DNA from: Candidatus Latescibacterota bacterium
Lineage (GTDB): Bacteria; Latescibacterota; CBDEFO01
NCBI GenBank assembly: GCA_965237525.1
Contig: CBDEFO010000002.1
Location: 1 to 25,431 of the forward strand
Reading direction: 5' to 3'
Length of the DNA stretch: 25,431 nucleotides
Below the pieces are notes generated by a model. It did no database searches. It was not told the DNA's origin and saw nothing but the letters and a program-made list of their open reading frames with translations. This document shows, in pieces, positions 8,740 to 17,862 of this stretch (the stretch's first letter is position 1; every line of letters begins with the position of its first letter). Made by a program: the position numbers and the translations under genes.

Positions 8740-11244
8740 TTACTTAATAACTATCGATTCCCCCGTCTTACCCAGAATCTCGTTTCTCCACGAAGACGTA
8801 TGCTTCAAGCTGGAATCTTTCGGAAGCTGAATTCTATAGAGTTCATCTATAGTGCCAGATGTCAGCGCGCTTTCAATTACTTTGCCCCAGTAGCACTTTC
8901 TTTCAGGATCAACCTCGCACATACCGTCCAGTGTGGTTCCGCCGCAGGGTCCATTTATCAGGCTCTTGTAGCAGCCCCAGGAGGGTTCGGGGCAGAGGTA
9001 CTCCAATTCCGCGATGCGGCAATCGCCGCACATCTCACAGCCCAAAGTCTCGGTCTTTATAGCTCTCTCCATAAACTTGACGAACCTGCCCGCTCCGTGG
9101 TTTTCCGACTCTCTCAAAGACCAATCCAAGAACTCATAGCCTATCGCCCCCGGCTCGAAGAATGCCTTGTGGATCAGTTCCATGCTCTTCTTTCGCCCCT
9201 CATACGAACTGCGGTCTGCAACTTGATAGGGTCCATCCTCCAGTAGATTATCGCCCCCTTCCCGAAACAAATAGAATCCCCATGGAGGGGCAAACTCCAT
9301 CTCTCTTTTCCCGTCGCCCGCTCTGTACTCCTCGTAGTTCTCCCTCCAGTCCCTTGCGCCTAATTCTTTTGAAAGCTCTATAATCTCAGAAAGATCGTCA
9401 AAGTCGGTGACCCCACCTATATATATGCCTTCGTAATCGAGACCCCTTACTAATATGTCCATAAGCAGAGCAGACCTGCGAAAGCTCACCTTCCTGTCGT
9501 ACTCGGCTAACTCCTCGAAGCCCATTCCCTTGATCCTGTCGCTCTCCTCCTTGGCTACGAACCCCCTCCTGTGTTTATTTCTGAGATCGTCCGAGACGTG
9601 CGCCCCCGGAATACCGCCTCTATTCAGATACGACGCCGTGTCGGGCGTCAGGACATATACGTTTCCGAAGACAGGGACGTCCGATATTCCCGCATTTTTC
9701 ATATAGAGCTTAAGCTCGTGAAACTTCTTTACATCGTAGCCCACCTGGGTTATGAAGAACTTACATCCGACCCTCCACTTTTTCCACATCTTGATATACT
9801 GGCCCCAGACATCCGCTTCAGTGTACTTGAACGGCGATACACCCGTCCCCGCAAAGAGATTGCTCAGGGGCTTTTCAATTCTGGGCAGGAAGCTCGGGAA
9901 ATCGAGACCACGGCCAAGACACCTTATGGCTAACAGGAGACCCACAGCGTCTACATCAAACACGGCCTTCCCCGCCTTCGTATAGTCCCCTGTCACCGGG
10001 AATATGTTCTCGATTCCATGTTCATATAAAGATACGATTCTCCTTATTAAGCTGTCCCTGTCCTCGCTCTTGCAGGACATGATAACCATCGGCTGATGCC
10101 CCATCAGTCTGCCTATATCCGAGGCTATTGTGTCGGGATTGGGCTGTCTGTGGCCGCTTGGTGAATCTGTCAGACTCACCGTAATGTTGGAACCTTTGGC
10201 CCTCTCTGCAAAGGTATAGAGATTATCCAACTCCCCCTCAGAGGGGACCATCTCAACTCCATAGGAGAGTTTGCCCTCGGTATATAGATCTCTTTTCAAG
10301 AGGTTATCTATGAGCTTCCTAGGTTGGCTTCTCTTCCTTCTGGGAGACGCCTTGCAGAAGTCGACCAGAGCCGCAAGGGCATCCTCTTCTCCAGAATCTA
10401 TCACAGACCTTATTAAACTCAAAAGTCTTCCATCTACCAGGTCCTTCTCCGTTATCTTAGTTGCGTCCACAACAGCCGCGTCCAGACCGTACTCCATAGC
10501 GACTCTGAGATAAGCCTTTTCTACGCTCGATCTTCTCGGCAATCCCTCGGAACAGCTTGAGAGATCAAGGGCGACGTGGAGACCCGACATACCTTTATCT
10601 TCCACAACCATTTTGATTCCCTCAAGGCCCATTCTTGTAAATCCCAGGTAGTCGGCCCCTATGGGACCTATGACAGGATCCAGGAATATCTGGTCTGGAC
10701 TGAAGCCCGATTCGGTCGCCCTTTGGAACAGATAAGTTGCGGTTTTGTGATACGATTCTGCCGCTGCTATTTCTGTGCGTCCAGACGAACTGCCGTCTAT
10801 CTTTTCCAGAAGTGTCCCCATTACCGAAAAGCTATAGCGATCCCTGAGGGATAGAAGGTCCAAGCTCGATATCGAAACAGGTCCCAAAAGTGGTGCGTTT
10901 AACGAATTTTCACTGCAGTAGATTTCCAACGCCCCTTTGAGAAGATTTGCATCTGAGCTTTGAATGTAGAGCGGAGCGGGCTTTGTGACCTGTTTTGTCA
11001 TATCCGCGATCTTGGACACCCCTTCAATGGCGCGCTTTGTGCCCTCTTTTCTATCCGAACTAAACGAGTCCACGTTTACAAGCAGATAATCTGCTCCGGC
11101 TTCTATCTGTTCGTTTATCACATGCAAAACATGCTTTCTGCCTTCATAGACATCCAATTTATCGTCGCTGAATAGCTTTTCGACAGAATTTCGAACTGCT
11201 CTGAGGCCGCACTGAAGAGAATTGCCGATCTTTATAAGCGCCAT
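8740..11244 (-). CDS. Fusion: pterin-binding (AcsE/MetH-like) domain + methylenetetrahydrofolate reductase (MetF-like) + Cys-rich MTHFR_C/MetV-like domain
   Basis: N-term QIEAGADYLLVNVD, IFLDPVIGPI, AMEYGLDAAVVD; middle VEMVP, LTDSPSG, VTGDY, VSPFKYTE, FFITQVGYD; C-term CEMCGDC...LCPE...CYKSLINGPCGG...GMCEV...CYW. Confidence 0.85.
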   Translation of the reverse strand: MALIKIGNSLQCGLRAVRNSVEKLFSDDKLDVYEGRKHVLHVINEQIEAGADYLLVNVDSFSSDRKEGTKRAIEGVSKIADMTKQVTKPAPLYIQSSDANLLKGALEIYCSENSLNAPLLGPVSISSLDLLSLRDRYSFSVMGTLLEKIDGSSSGRTEIAAAESYHKTATYLFQRATESGFSPDQIFLDPVIGPIGADYLGFTRMGLEGIKMVVEDKGMSGLHVALDLSSCSEGLPRRSSVEKAYLRVAMEYGLDAAVVDATKITEKDLVDGRLLSLIRSVIDSGEEDALAALVDFCKASPRRKRSQPRKLIDNLLKRDLYTEGKLSYGVEMVPSEGELDNLYTFAERAKGSNITVSLTDSPSGHRQPNPDTIASDIGRLMGHQPMVIMSCKSEDRDSLIRRIVSLYEHGIENIFPVTGDYTKAGKAVFDVDAVGLLLAIRCLGRGLDFPSFLPRIEKPLSNLFAGTGVSPFKYTEADVWGQYIKMWKKWRVGCKFFITQVGYDVKKFHELKLYMKNAGISDVPVFGNVYVLTPDTASYLNRGGIPGAHVSDDLRNKHRRGFVAKEESDRIKGMGFEELAEYDRKVSFRRSALLMDILVRGLDYEGIYIGGVTDFDDLSEIIELSKELGARDWRENYEEYRAGDGKREMEFAPPWGFYLFREGGDNLLEDGPYQVADRSSYEGRKKSMELIHKAFFEPGAIGYEFLDWSLRESENHGAGRFVKFMERAIKTETLGCEMCGDCRIAELEYLCPEPSWGCYKSLINGPCGGTTLDGMCEVDPERKCYWGKVIESALTSGTIDELYRIQLPKDSSLKHTSSWRNEILGKTGESIVIK

Positions 11245-11322
11245 CTGGAGTTCCTTTGCCTCTATTTACACGGACCGCTTTTTTGCCTGATGAAAAATTC
11301 TGATCCAATTGTCGGTAACGAA

Positions 11323-11351
11323 AATATATGCAACACAACTTTGAAAGTCAA
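11323..11351 (-). promoter_or_regulatory. Putative sigma70 promoter for the MTHFR-fusion gene cluster
   Basis: TTGACT-17 bp-TATATT on the minus strand, about 80 bp upstream of the ATG at 11244. Confidence 0.6.
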
Positions 11352-11446
11352 TATATAAGTGATACCATTCACGTCATTTTGAACCGAATTACGATCGAAT
11401 ATCCAAGTTATAGGCGGAAAAAAATATCAAACTATTCAAAAAATAC

Positions 11447-11475
11447 TTGACAGATACAGTTAAGTAGCTTATCTT
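11447..11475 (+). promoter_or_regulatory. Putative sigma70 promoter of the csp gene
   Basis: TTGACA-17 bp-TATCTT preceded by an A-rich tract; implies a 5' UTR of about 110 nt. Confidence 0.7.
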
Positions 11476-11594
11476 ACTGTACGCTTTCAGCGGTTGGAGC
11501 AAGGTCTTGTCTGGATCGATTTTAGTGAGGACAGGATTGGCAAGAGGTCATAAGCTCCATCCTTGAAATTCCAAGTAAAAAGGGGGTGATTTAT

Positions 11595-11798
11595 GTGCCT
11601 ATCGGTAGGGTGAAGTGGTTCAATGATAGCAAAGGTTACGGCTTCATTGAACAGGATAATGGAGAAGATGTCTTTGTCCATTTCTCAGCTATTGAGCAGG
11701 ACGGATTCAAGACTCTAAGCGAAGGACAAGAAGTCGAGTTTGAGATCGTACAAGGTCCCAAAGGGCTCCAAGCGTCTAATGTAGTCAAACCCGCATAG
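11595..11798 (+). CDS. csp: Cold-shock protein (CspA family)
   Basis: [15 protein letters not shown] (RNP1) and DVFVHFSAI (RNP2). Start is probably the GTG at 11595 after AGGGGGTG; the ORF track starts at 11586. Confidence 0.97.
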   Translation: MPIGRVKWFNDSKGYGFIEQDNGEDVFVHFSAIEQDGFKTLSEGQEVEFEIVQGPKGLQASNVVKPA

Positions 11799-11799
11799 G

Positions 11800-12122
11800 T
11801 TTGAATTAGCCTTATTGAGAGGATAACACTGTTTCATAAAGTGGTATTGACTAAACCTGAAGAGGTTGCTTGATAAGGTCTCCATCATAAAGCTGCTGTC
11901 ACAGATGGTGAGAGAAAGCTTTGTGGAACGTCTACTCTTATAGAGAACCGAGCACGGCTGCACAACCTTGAAAAATTGTGTAGCGATGCTTACAAAAGTA
12001 GCAGAAAAGCCGGTGAGAGATCGGCAGGTCAGAAGTGGTCGTTACTGCAAAATCATCGTGTAACCGACATTTGATGAGTTTCAGACTGAAGGAAGGCGGC
12101 CTTAGCATCTGGCATTCATAAA
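11800..12122 (+). ncRNA. Candidate structured RNA or long structured 3' UTR (unassigned)
   Basis: Series of hairpins with G-U pairs on the + strand (11886-11925, 11957-11984, 11987-12003, 12009-12025, 12038-12068); no convincing ORF; followed by a terminator. Confidence 0.4.
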
Positions 12123-12126
12123 TTCT

Positions 12127-12162
12127 TCCCCGTTCAGGAGAATTCCGGACGGGGATTTTTTT
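12127..12162 (+). terminator. Rho-independent terminator
   Basis: TCCCCGTTC...GGACGGGGA stem followed by T7. Confidence 0.85.
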
Positions 12163-12196
12163 GTGCTCAGGATGACCGATCTGGAAAGGAGGTTTG

Positions 12197-13386
12197 CCCT
12201 TTAGAGCGCAAGATCATAGTGAAGAAGAAAGGGCGCTGCGGCTCGTTTCCCAGGGATCGTACTACCTTCCTGATGGTCAGTTCAGGATAGGCTGTCAGGC
12301 TTTAGGTCTGCCAATCATTTGGGAATAGGTTGAGTAGTCTTTGTGTCAAAAGACTACGGAGCAACTCAGAATCCATCAGACGATCCGACACTGCCTGACA
12401 ATTGACCGTCAAAGACGTCCGGTCAGAGGATGAGCCGATCCTGCGGGATAGTGTGCAATGCGAGTTTCCTGGCGGTGAGGTTTTCGTGATATGAGTTTTG
12501 GAACCTCGATCGGCGCTCCGAAGCTGAGGAGCTCCGAAGCTGAGGCGCGCCGATTCAGATCCCGGGAGCATGAGCACTTCCCAGGGAAACTCATGGTGTC
12601 GGCTTATAAGTTATTAGTGACGCGATCTTGGGATAAGGGTGCTGCTTGGGAGGGTCGTGAGTGGACAGTGCCGGGATACACGAATGTCCACGGTGTTCCG
12701 CTCCATCTACTCCTTATGATGCTTCAGGACGGGGCCTTCCTCTATCCCATCTACGCTATGTGGAAGGATGGGACCAGACATGGTCTGATCTTCCGGTCGA
12801 CCGATGGGGGAGAGACGTGGAGATTGCATGGGGCGTACCCGAGAGCAGGCGGCGAGTGGTCGATTTTGGAGGTGGAGTCAGGATTGCTATTAGGACACAT
12901 CCGCAGTGGCTATCGTTGGGGACATCCGAGGTCCCCAACCCCCGATTTAATCGGGGGTTCAATCGGGGATAGGATATATGCTCTGGAGGTCTGGTCGGAG
13001 GACGGCGGGTTAACGTGGACATACCCTGTGGAGGCGTCCTTTCAGGGCTATCCGAATCATCTATTGAAGTTAAGAGATGGGCGCATCTTATGCACGTTCG
13101 GGTATCGCCGCAAGCCTATGGGTTGCGCGCTCTCATAAGCGAGGATGGAGGACGCACCTGGGATTTAGATCACGAATATGTGTTGTGAGATGATGGAGGC
13201 ACCACTTCAGACGCTTGGAGTCCTCCGCAGTATGAGATTCCCGGGTTCGGTAGTTCCGATGTGGGTTATCCAACCTCAGTAGAGTTAGAGGAAAGTTCGA
13301 TTTTGACTGTCTATTACATCACGACGCCTGACGCCATAACTCACGTTGCATGCGCGCGTTCGCATCCCGACAGGGACAGGCTGTAG
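12197..13386 (+). pseudogene. Degraded paralog of the adjacent BNR/Asp-box protein
   Basis: Fragments (KIIVKKKGR, YLPDGQ, WTVPGY, GLIFRSTDGGETWRL, FQGYPNHLLKLRDGRILCTFGYRRKPMG, GSSDVGYP) are colinear with 13437-14582. There are several frameshifts and an in-frame TGA near 13187. The boundaries are approximate. Confidence 0.9.
12515..12545. repeat. 16-bp-period tandem duplication (frame-disrupting) within the pseudogene
   Basis: GCTCCGAAGCTGAGG-A-GCTCCGAAGCTGAGG; the intact paralog has one copy (gcgccgaagctgatg). Confidence 0.9.
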
Positions 13387-13436
13387 AAGTAAGCTGGAAA
13401 TTCACTCGATGTGATAAAAACAGGGAGTTCTACTCA

Positions 13437-14582
13437 ATGGAACACACGATAATTTTGAAGGAAAAGGGGCGCTACAACGCGTTTCCCGTTTTGGACCACC
13501 TCCCGGACGGACGGTTGACACTGGGCTTCATCTCCTCGCCAGTTGGCGATCATATGGGAATGGGGGATTGGGCAGTGTTTGTGTCATCGGACAGCGGTGC
13601 TACCTGGCAGCGGTCGGACGATCCGACGCTGCCTCCCAATTGGCCCGGGACTACCCCGCGTGAGAAGTACGATAGACTCTCCCGTATAATGCCCGACGGC
13701 AGCTTTATGGCAGTGGGATCGGTAGGACATGAGCTTTGGGATTTCGGTCGGCGCGCCGAAGCTGATGCTCGTGGATTGAGAATAATAGAGGACGAGATAA
13801 TCTCCCAGCAACTCCCCGGAAAGCTTGTCGTGTCGGGGCATCGGCTGGTGGTGATAAGGTCACAGGATAAGGGCGCCACGTGGGATCGGCGAACCTGGAC
13901 AGTGCCGGGATACATTAGTCTGATTGGATTCCCGCGCGGCACGGTCCTTGAGGACGGAACCTGGCTCTTCCCCGTCTACACGAGTCGGAAGGATGGAGGC
14001 GGTGACGGTCTGATCTTCCGGTCTGCCGACAGAGGGGAGACGTGGAGGCTCTATTTAGCAGTCCCAAGGGTGTGCAACGAGTGGGCATTGGTAGAGGTAG
14101 CACCTGGACGTTTGCTGGGACACCTCCGCTGGGGCTATAGATGGGGAAATCCGGAGAATGACAGGATATACACCCTGGAGGTGTGGTCCGAGGACGGCGG
14201 TACAACGTGGACTCAACCGGTGGAAACGAAGTTCCAGGGTTATCCGAACCATCTGTTGAAGTTGCACGATGGACGCATCTTGTGCACATTCGGCTATCGT
14301 CGTAAACCTATGGGAGTGCGTGCGCTCATTAGCCAAGACAGAGGGAACACCTGGGATTTAGATCACGAGTATGTGTTAAGAGACGACGCCGGTACCACTT
14401 CGAGTTCTTGGCCTGCAGAGAAACACGCGCAGCCCGGGTCCGGAAGTTCTGATGTGGGCTATCCGATCTCGACGGAGCTGGACGATGGTTCTATCCTTAC
14501 AGCCTATTACATTACGCAACCTGATGCCATAACCCACGTGTCTGTCACGCGCTGGCATCCCGAGGGGGACAGGACGTCGTAG
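13437..14582 (+). CDS. BNR/Asp-box beta-propeller protein (sialidase-like fold, substrate unknown)
   Basis: Five Asp-boxes: SSDSGATW, SQDKGATW, SADRGETW, SEDGGTTW, SQDRGNTW; DVGYP near the C-terminus. ATG 13437 has a GGGAG RBS; the ORF-track extension from 13350 is pseudogene tail. Confidence 0.85.
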   Translation: MEHTIILKEKGRYNAFPVLDHLPDGRLTLGFISSPVGDHMGMGDWAVFVSSDSGATWQRSDDPTLPPNWPGTTPREKYDRLSRIMPDGSFMAVGSVGHELWDFGRRAEADARGLRIIEDEIISQQLPGKLVVSGHRLVVIRSQDKGATWDRRTWTVPGYISLIGFPRGTVLEDGTWLFPVYTSRKDGGGDGLIFRSADRGETWRLYLAVPRVCNEWALVEVAPGRLLGHLRWGYRWGNPENDRIYTLEVWSEDGGTTWTQPVETKFQGYPNHLLKLHDGRILCTFGYRRKPMGVRALISQDRGNTWDLDHEYVLRDDAGTTSSSWPAEKHAQPGSGSSDVGYPISTELDDGSILTAYYITQPDAITHVSVTRWHPEGDRTS

Positions 14583-14602
14583 TTGCCCTGTCTTTTCTCG
14601 GC

Positions 14603-14631
14603 TTGACGTGAACATTGAAAATCTGTATATT
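14603..14631 (+). promoter_or_regulatory. Putative sigma70 promoter of the aldolase gene
   Basis: TTGACG-17 bp-TATATT. Confidence 0.6.
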
Positions 14632-14692
14632 CTACTGACGTATCTTTCGGTTTTCTGAACTTTCAACTTTTCCTTCCCGAACTGGAGTTGCA

Positions 14693-15466
14693 ATGAAGAA
14701 TCTTAAAGCCATGTTGAAAGAAGGCAAGACAGTGATAGGAGCTACTTTAGCTGAGTACTCCCGGCCATCTCTGATTAAGATCTACGCTCAGGCGGGATTT
14801 GACTTCGTCTTCATCGAGAACGAGCATGGGTTCTTCTCTCCGACTCAACTGACCGATATAGTGGTGGCAGGAAGGGATAATGACCTTCCTGCAGTAGCCA
14901 AGGTCGGATGCCTGGATCGCGGGGAGACCGCGAGGCTCCTAGACTGTGGGATCGTCGGAATACAGCTCCCCCGCACCAACACACGAGATGACATCGATAC
15001 GCTCGTAAGCTGGATGAACTTTCCTCCCGTCGGAGATCGCGCTATCGCCGCGGGATACGGCAATTCTGACTATCGCCAGATCAACATATCCGATTTTATA
15101 AAGGAAGCCGATGAAACCACTCTGGTGGTGGCTCACATCGAGACAGAGGAGGGCGCAGAAAACGCTGACGCTATAGCGTCCAATCCACAGGTGGACGTGG
15201 TGTTCATAGGTCCCTATGACCTGTCAATTTCTCTTGGAGTGCCCGGTGGATTCGATACCACTAAGTTCACCGATGCCGTCGAGGCGATCTTCGAGGCTGC
15301 ACAAAGGCACGGTTCTACACCGGGGATATACACTCACGGTTACGAGGACACAAAGAAGTGGAGCGACATGGGAGCCAGATTCTTTGAAGGGACGGATGAG
15401 TTGGGAATGTTGCACCGTGCTGCAAGATCCCTTGCGGAAGATTTTCGAAGGGCAATTCCCGAATAA
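14693..15466 (+). CDS. HpcH/HpaI-family class II aldolase
   Basis: GFDFVFIENEH, LLDCGIVGIQLP, FPPVGDR, HIETEEG, VFIGPYDLSISLG. Confidence 0.92.
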   Translation: MKNLKAMLKEGKTVIGATLAEYSRPSLIKIYAQAGFDFVFIENEHGFFSPTQLTDIVVAGRDNDLPAVAKVGCLDRGETARLLDCGIVGIQLPRTNTRDDIDTLVSWMNFPPVGDRAIAAGYGNSDYRQINISDFIKEADETTLVVAHIETEEGAENADAIASNPQVDVVFIGPYDLSISLGVPGGFDTTKFTDAVEAIFEAAQRHGSTPGIYTHGYEDTKKWSDMGARFFEGTDELGMLHRAARSLAEDFRRAIPE

Positions 15467-15537
15467 AGTAGATAAGGGTACCTGTTCCAACCTAAACCCT
15501 TCCTAAACCCTCATTGTACGCAAAGCGAGGTCTCTCA

Positions 15538-15790
15538 GATTGCTTCGTCAGACAGATAAGGACGACCTCTTTGCTGTGGCGGATGGTAACAAACCACGAA
15601 ATGGTCTGATCCATTACACCTGCGTGTTCATAATGCGGTTGGGAGGATAGACATTATTGGCTGTTCACTTGCGCAATGCCGGAACGCAAAAGGACTCGCA
15701 ACTTCCCTGATAGTCTCTGAACTGTAATTGCCAGCGAAAGGATCCCCAAAAAGCACTGAATAACTTTTGGGGGAAAGCCAGGCAATCTCA
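15538..15790. repeat. Degenerate copy of the palindromic intergenic repeat with internal expansions
   Basis: AGATTGCTTCGTC (15538) ... ACTCGCAA (about 15695); GTAATTGCCAGCGAAAG-[CCCCAAAAAG..CTTTTGGGGG hairpin]-GGCAATCTCA. Confidence 0.55.
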
Positions 15791-15873
15791 CTTAGACTGT
15801 CTTTCCCCTCACCTATCTACCCTAGTTTTGTCCTGTCAAATCTTGAAAATAGTGCCCAATCCAGAAAAAAGAC

Positions 15874-15902
15874 TTGACAAACTGTCTTAATTCTCTTAAG
15901 CT
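15874..15902 (+). promoter_or_regulatory. Putative sigma70 promoter of rho
   Basis: TTGACA-17 bp-TAAGCT; implies a leader of about 260 nt. Confidence 0.6.
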
Positions 15903-16059
15903 TTAGATTAGTGATTTTGGAAATACCTCACAATTGGCATTCTTCCACAGGTACTCCGTAACTTCACCGATCAATTCTTCTCTCGGTTTCCTATAGAACT
16001 AAACTATTCCGAAATAATACCGATATATATAGTTGAACCATCCAACAGCAGTGTGCAAG

Positions 16060-16113
16060 TTTGTCTTTCAAAGGCACGAGATCCCTTTTGTCTATCAAAG
16101 GCACGGTATCCCT
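16060..16113. repeat. 27-bp tandem repeat in the rho leader
   Basis: TTTGTCTTTCAAAGGCACGAGATCCCT / TTTGTCTATCAAAGGCACGGTATCCCT (24 of 27 identical). Confidence 0.9.
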
Positions 16114-16169
16114 GTGCTGTTGTGTGCGCTTGTCATCTCATCTAATTTTAGTAACCCCGCAGGAGAGTT

Positions 16170-17450
16170 ATGTCCCCTACTATAAACATGGAAAACCTGG
16201 ACATTGCAGAGCTCCAGCAAAAGAGCATCATTGAACTGAACGAACTGGCAGACGAGCTCCAAATACCGGGACACAGCGGACTCAGAAAGCAGAATCTGAT
16301 ATTTTCGATCCTGCAAACGAAGACGGAGCAGAATGGTCTCATCTTTGCAAAAGGAGTCCTTGAGGTTCACGAGGACGGCTACGGCTTCCTCCGCTCGCCC
16401 AGTTCCAACTATCTTCAGGGCCCCGGCGATATCTACGTAGGTCACTCCCAGATCAAACGCTTCAACCTCAGAACTGGCGACACCGTCTCCGGTCAGATAC
16501 GTCCGCCCAAAGAGAGCGCAGGTGAGAAATACTACGCTCTTTTGAGAGTCGAAGCTACAAATTTTGAAGACCCTGAAGTCGCCAAGTATAAGCCCCTTTT
16601 TGACAACCTTACGCCTGTACATCCTAACGAGAGAATAAAGCTTGAACGGGATCCCAAAGAGTATTCCACGCGCATAATAGATCTTCTGTGCCCCATCGGG
16701 AAAGGACAAAGGGGCCTTATTGTAGCGCCCCCCTTCACAGGCAAGACAGTGCTCTTACAACAGATCGCAAACAGCATCACAACAAACGATCCCGACATGA
16801 TCCTGATTGTTCTTCTAATAGACGAACGTCCTGAGGAAGTCACCGACATGCAGCGTTCTGTTGACGGAGAGGTCATAAGCTCCACATTCGATGAGCCCGC
16901 TACAAGACACGTCCAGGTCGCCGACATGGTCATAGAAAAAGCCCGAAGACTCGTGGAGCATAAGAAAGACGTGGTCATACTCCTGGACAGCATTACGCGC
17001 CTGGCCAGGGCTCATAACACAGTCACTCCCCACAGCGGGAGGATACTGACAGGTGGAGTGGACGCCACAGCTCTCCTTGGTCCCAGAAAATTCCTAGGCG
17101 CTGCTCGGAAGATTGAAGAAGGAGGCAGCCTTACAATAGTCGCCACCGCTCTTATTGAGACCGGAAGCAGAATGGACGAAGTCATTTTCGAAGAGTTCAA
17201 GGGGACGGCAAATATGGAGCTTAAACTCGACAGAAAGCTCTCCAATCGCCGCATCTTCCCCGCTATAGATGTGACGCAGTCTTCGACAAGAAAAGAGGAA
17301 CTCCTGATGACCGACTACGAGCTCAATAGAGCCTGGATACTAAGGAAAATCCTCAACCAGATGCCGCCTCCGGAGGCCATCGAACTCCTCCTTAGAAAGA
17401 TAAGTGCTACGCAAAGCAACAACGAATTTTTGGAAATTATGAATGAGTAA
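16170..17450 (+). CDS. rho: Transcription termination factor Rho
   Basis: [64 protein letters not shown]. Confidence 0.99.
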   Translation: MSPTINMENLDIAELQQKSIIELNELADELQIPGHSGLRKQNLIFSILQTKTEQNGLIFAKGVLEVHEDGYGFLRSPSSNYLQGPGDIYVGHSQIKRFNLRTGDTVSGQIRPPKESAGEKYYALLRVEATNFEDPEVAKYKPLFDNLTPVHPNERIKLERDPKEYSTRIIDLLCPIGKGQRGLIVAPPFTGKTVLLQQIANSITTNDPDMILIVLLIDERPEEVTDMQRSVDGEVISSTFDEPATRHVQVADMVIEKARRLVEHKKDVVILLDSITRLARAHNTVTPHSGRILTGGVDATALLGPRKFLGAARKIEEGGSLTIVATALIETGSRMDEVIFEEFKGTANMELKLDRKLSNRRIFPAIDVTQSSTRKEELLMTDYELNRAWILRKILNQMPPPEAIELLLRKISATQSNNEFLEIMNE

Positions 17451-17546
17451 TGGGGCACACAGAGGTCGAAGTTTTAAACTGTTAAAACTTTTTCGCCAAG
17501 AAGTTCTTCGATACTTTTTGGGTCTCCGTGAAAGGAGAATCTCGTA

Positions 17547-17771
17547 GTGAAAAAAGATATTCATCCTCAATATATAGAGACCACAATATCCTGCGCCTGC
17601 GGGAATAGCATAACGACGCGCTCCACAGTTCCCAACTTGAGAGTTGAAATCTGTGCTGAGTGCCATCCCTTCTACACAGGCAGGCAGAAGCTTGTGGACT
17701 CGACAGGCAGAGTCGAAAGATTCAAGCGTAAGTACGGAATGAACAAGGAAGAAAAGACAGAAGCGGAGTAA
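17547..17771 (+). CDS. rpmE: 50S ribosomal protein L31 (Zn-binding type)
   Basis: [27 protein letters not shown]; follows rho. Confidence 0.98.
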   Translation: MKKDIHPQYIETTISCACGNSITTRSTVPNLRVEICAECHPFYTGRQKLVDSTGRVERFKRKYGMNKEEKTEAE

Positions 17772-17862
17772 GCTCCAGATAGCTGATCTCAAAATGAGCT
17801 TCCTTACTCTCAGCTGGAGGTGACCCTCACGGCGCTCAAAGCCGCGCTTGGGAGGATCGTTA

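Noticed and set aside
15491..15511. CCTAAACCCT repeated with an 11-bp period
   Set aside because: Too short to interpret; probably a slippage duplication.
16060..16113. Mini CRISPR array
   Set aside because: The two 27-bp units are directly adjacent with no spacer, and no cas genes are in the window.
16095..17792. Long antisense ORFs over rho/rpmE, and similar ones over comEC, the MTHFR fusion, prfA and fabF
   Set aside because: They overlap well-supported genes on the opposite strand and have no recognisable motifs.
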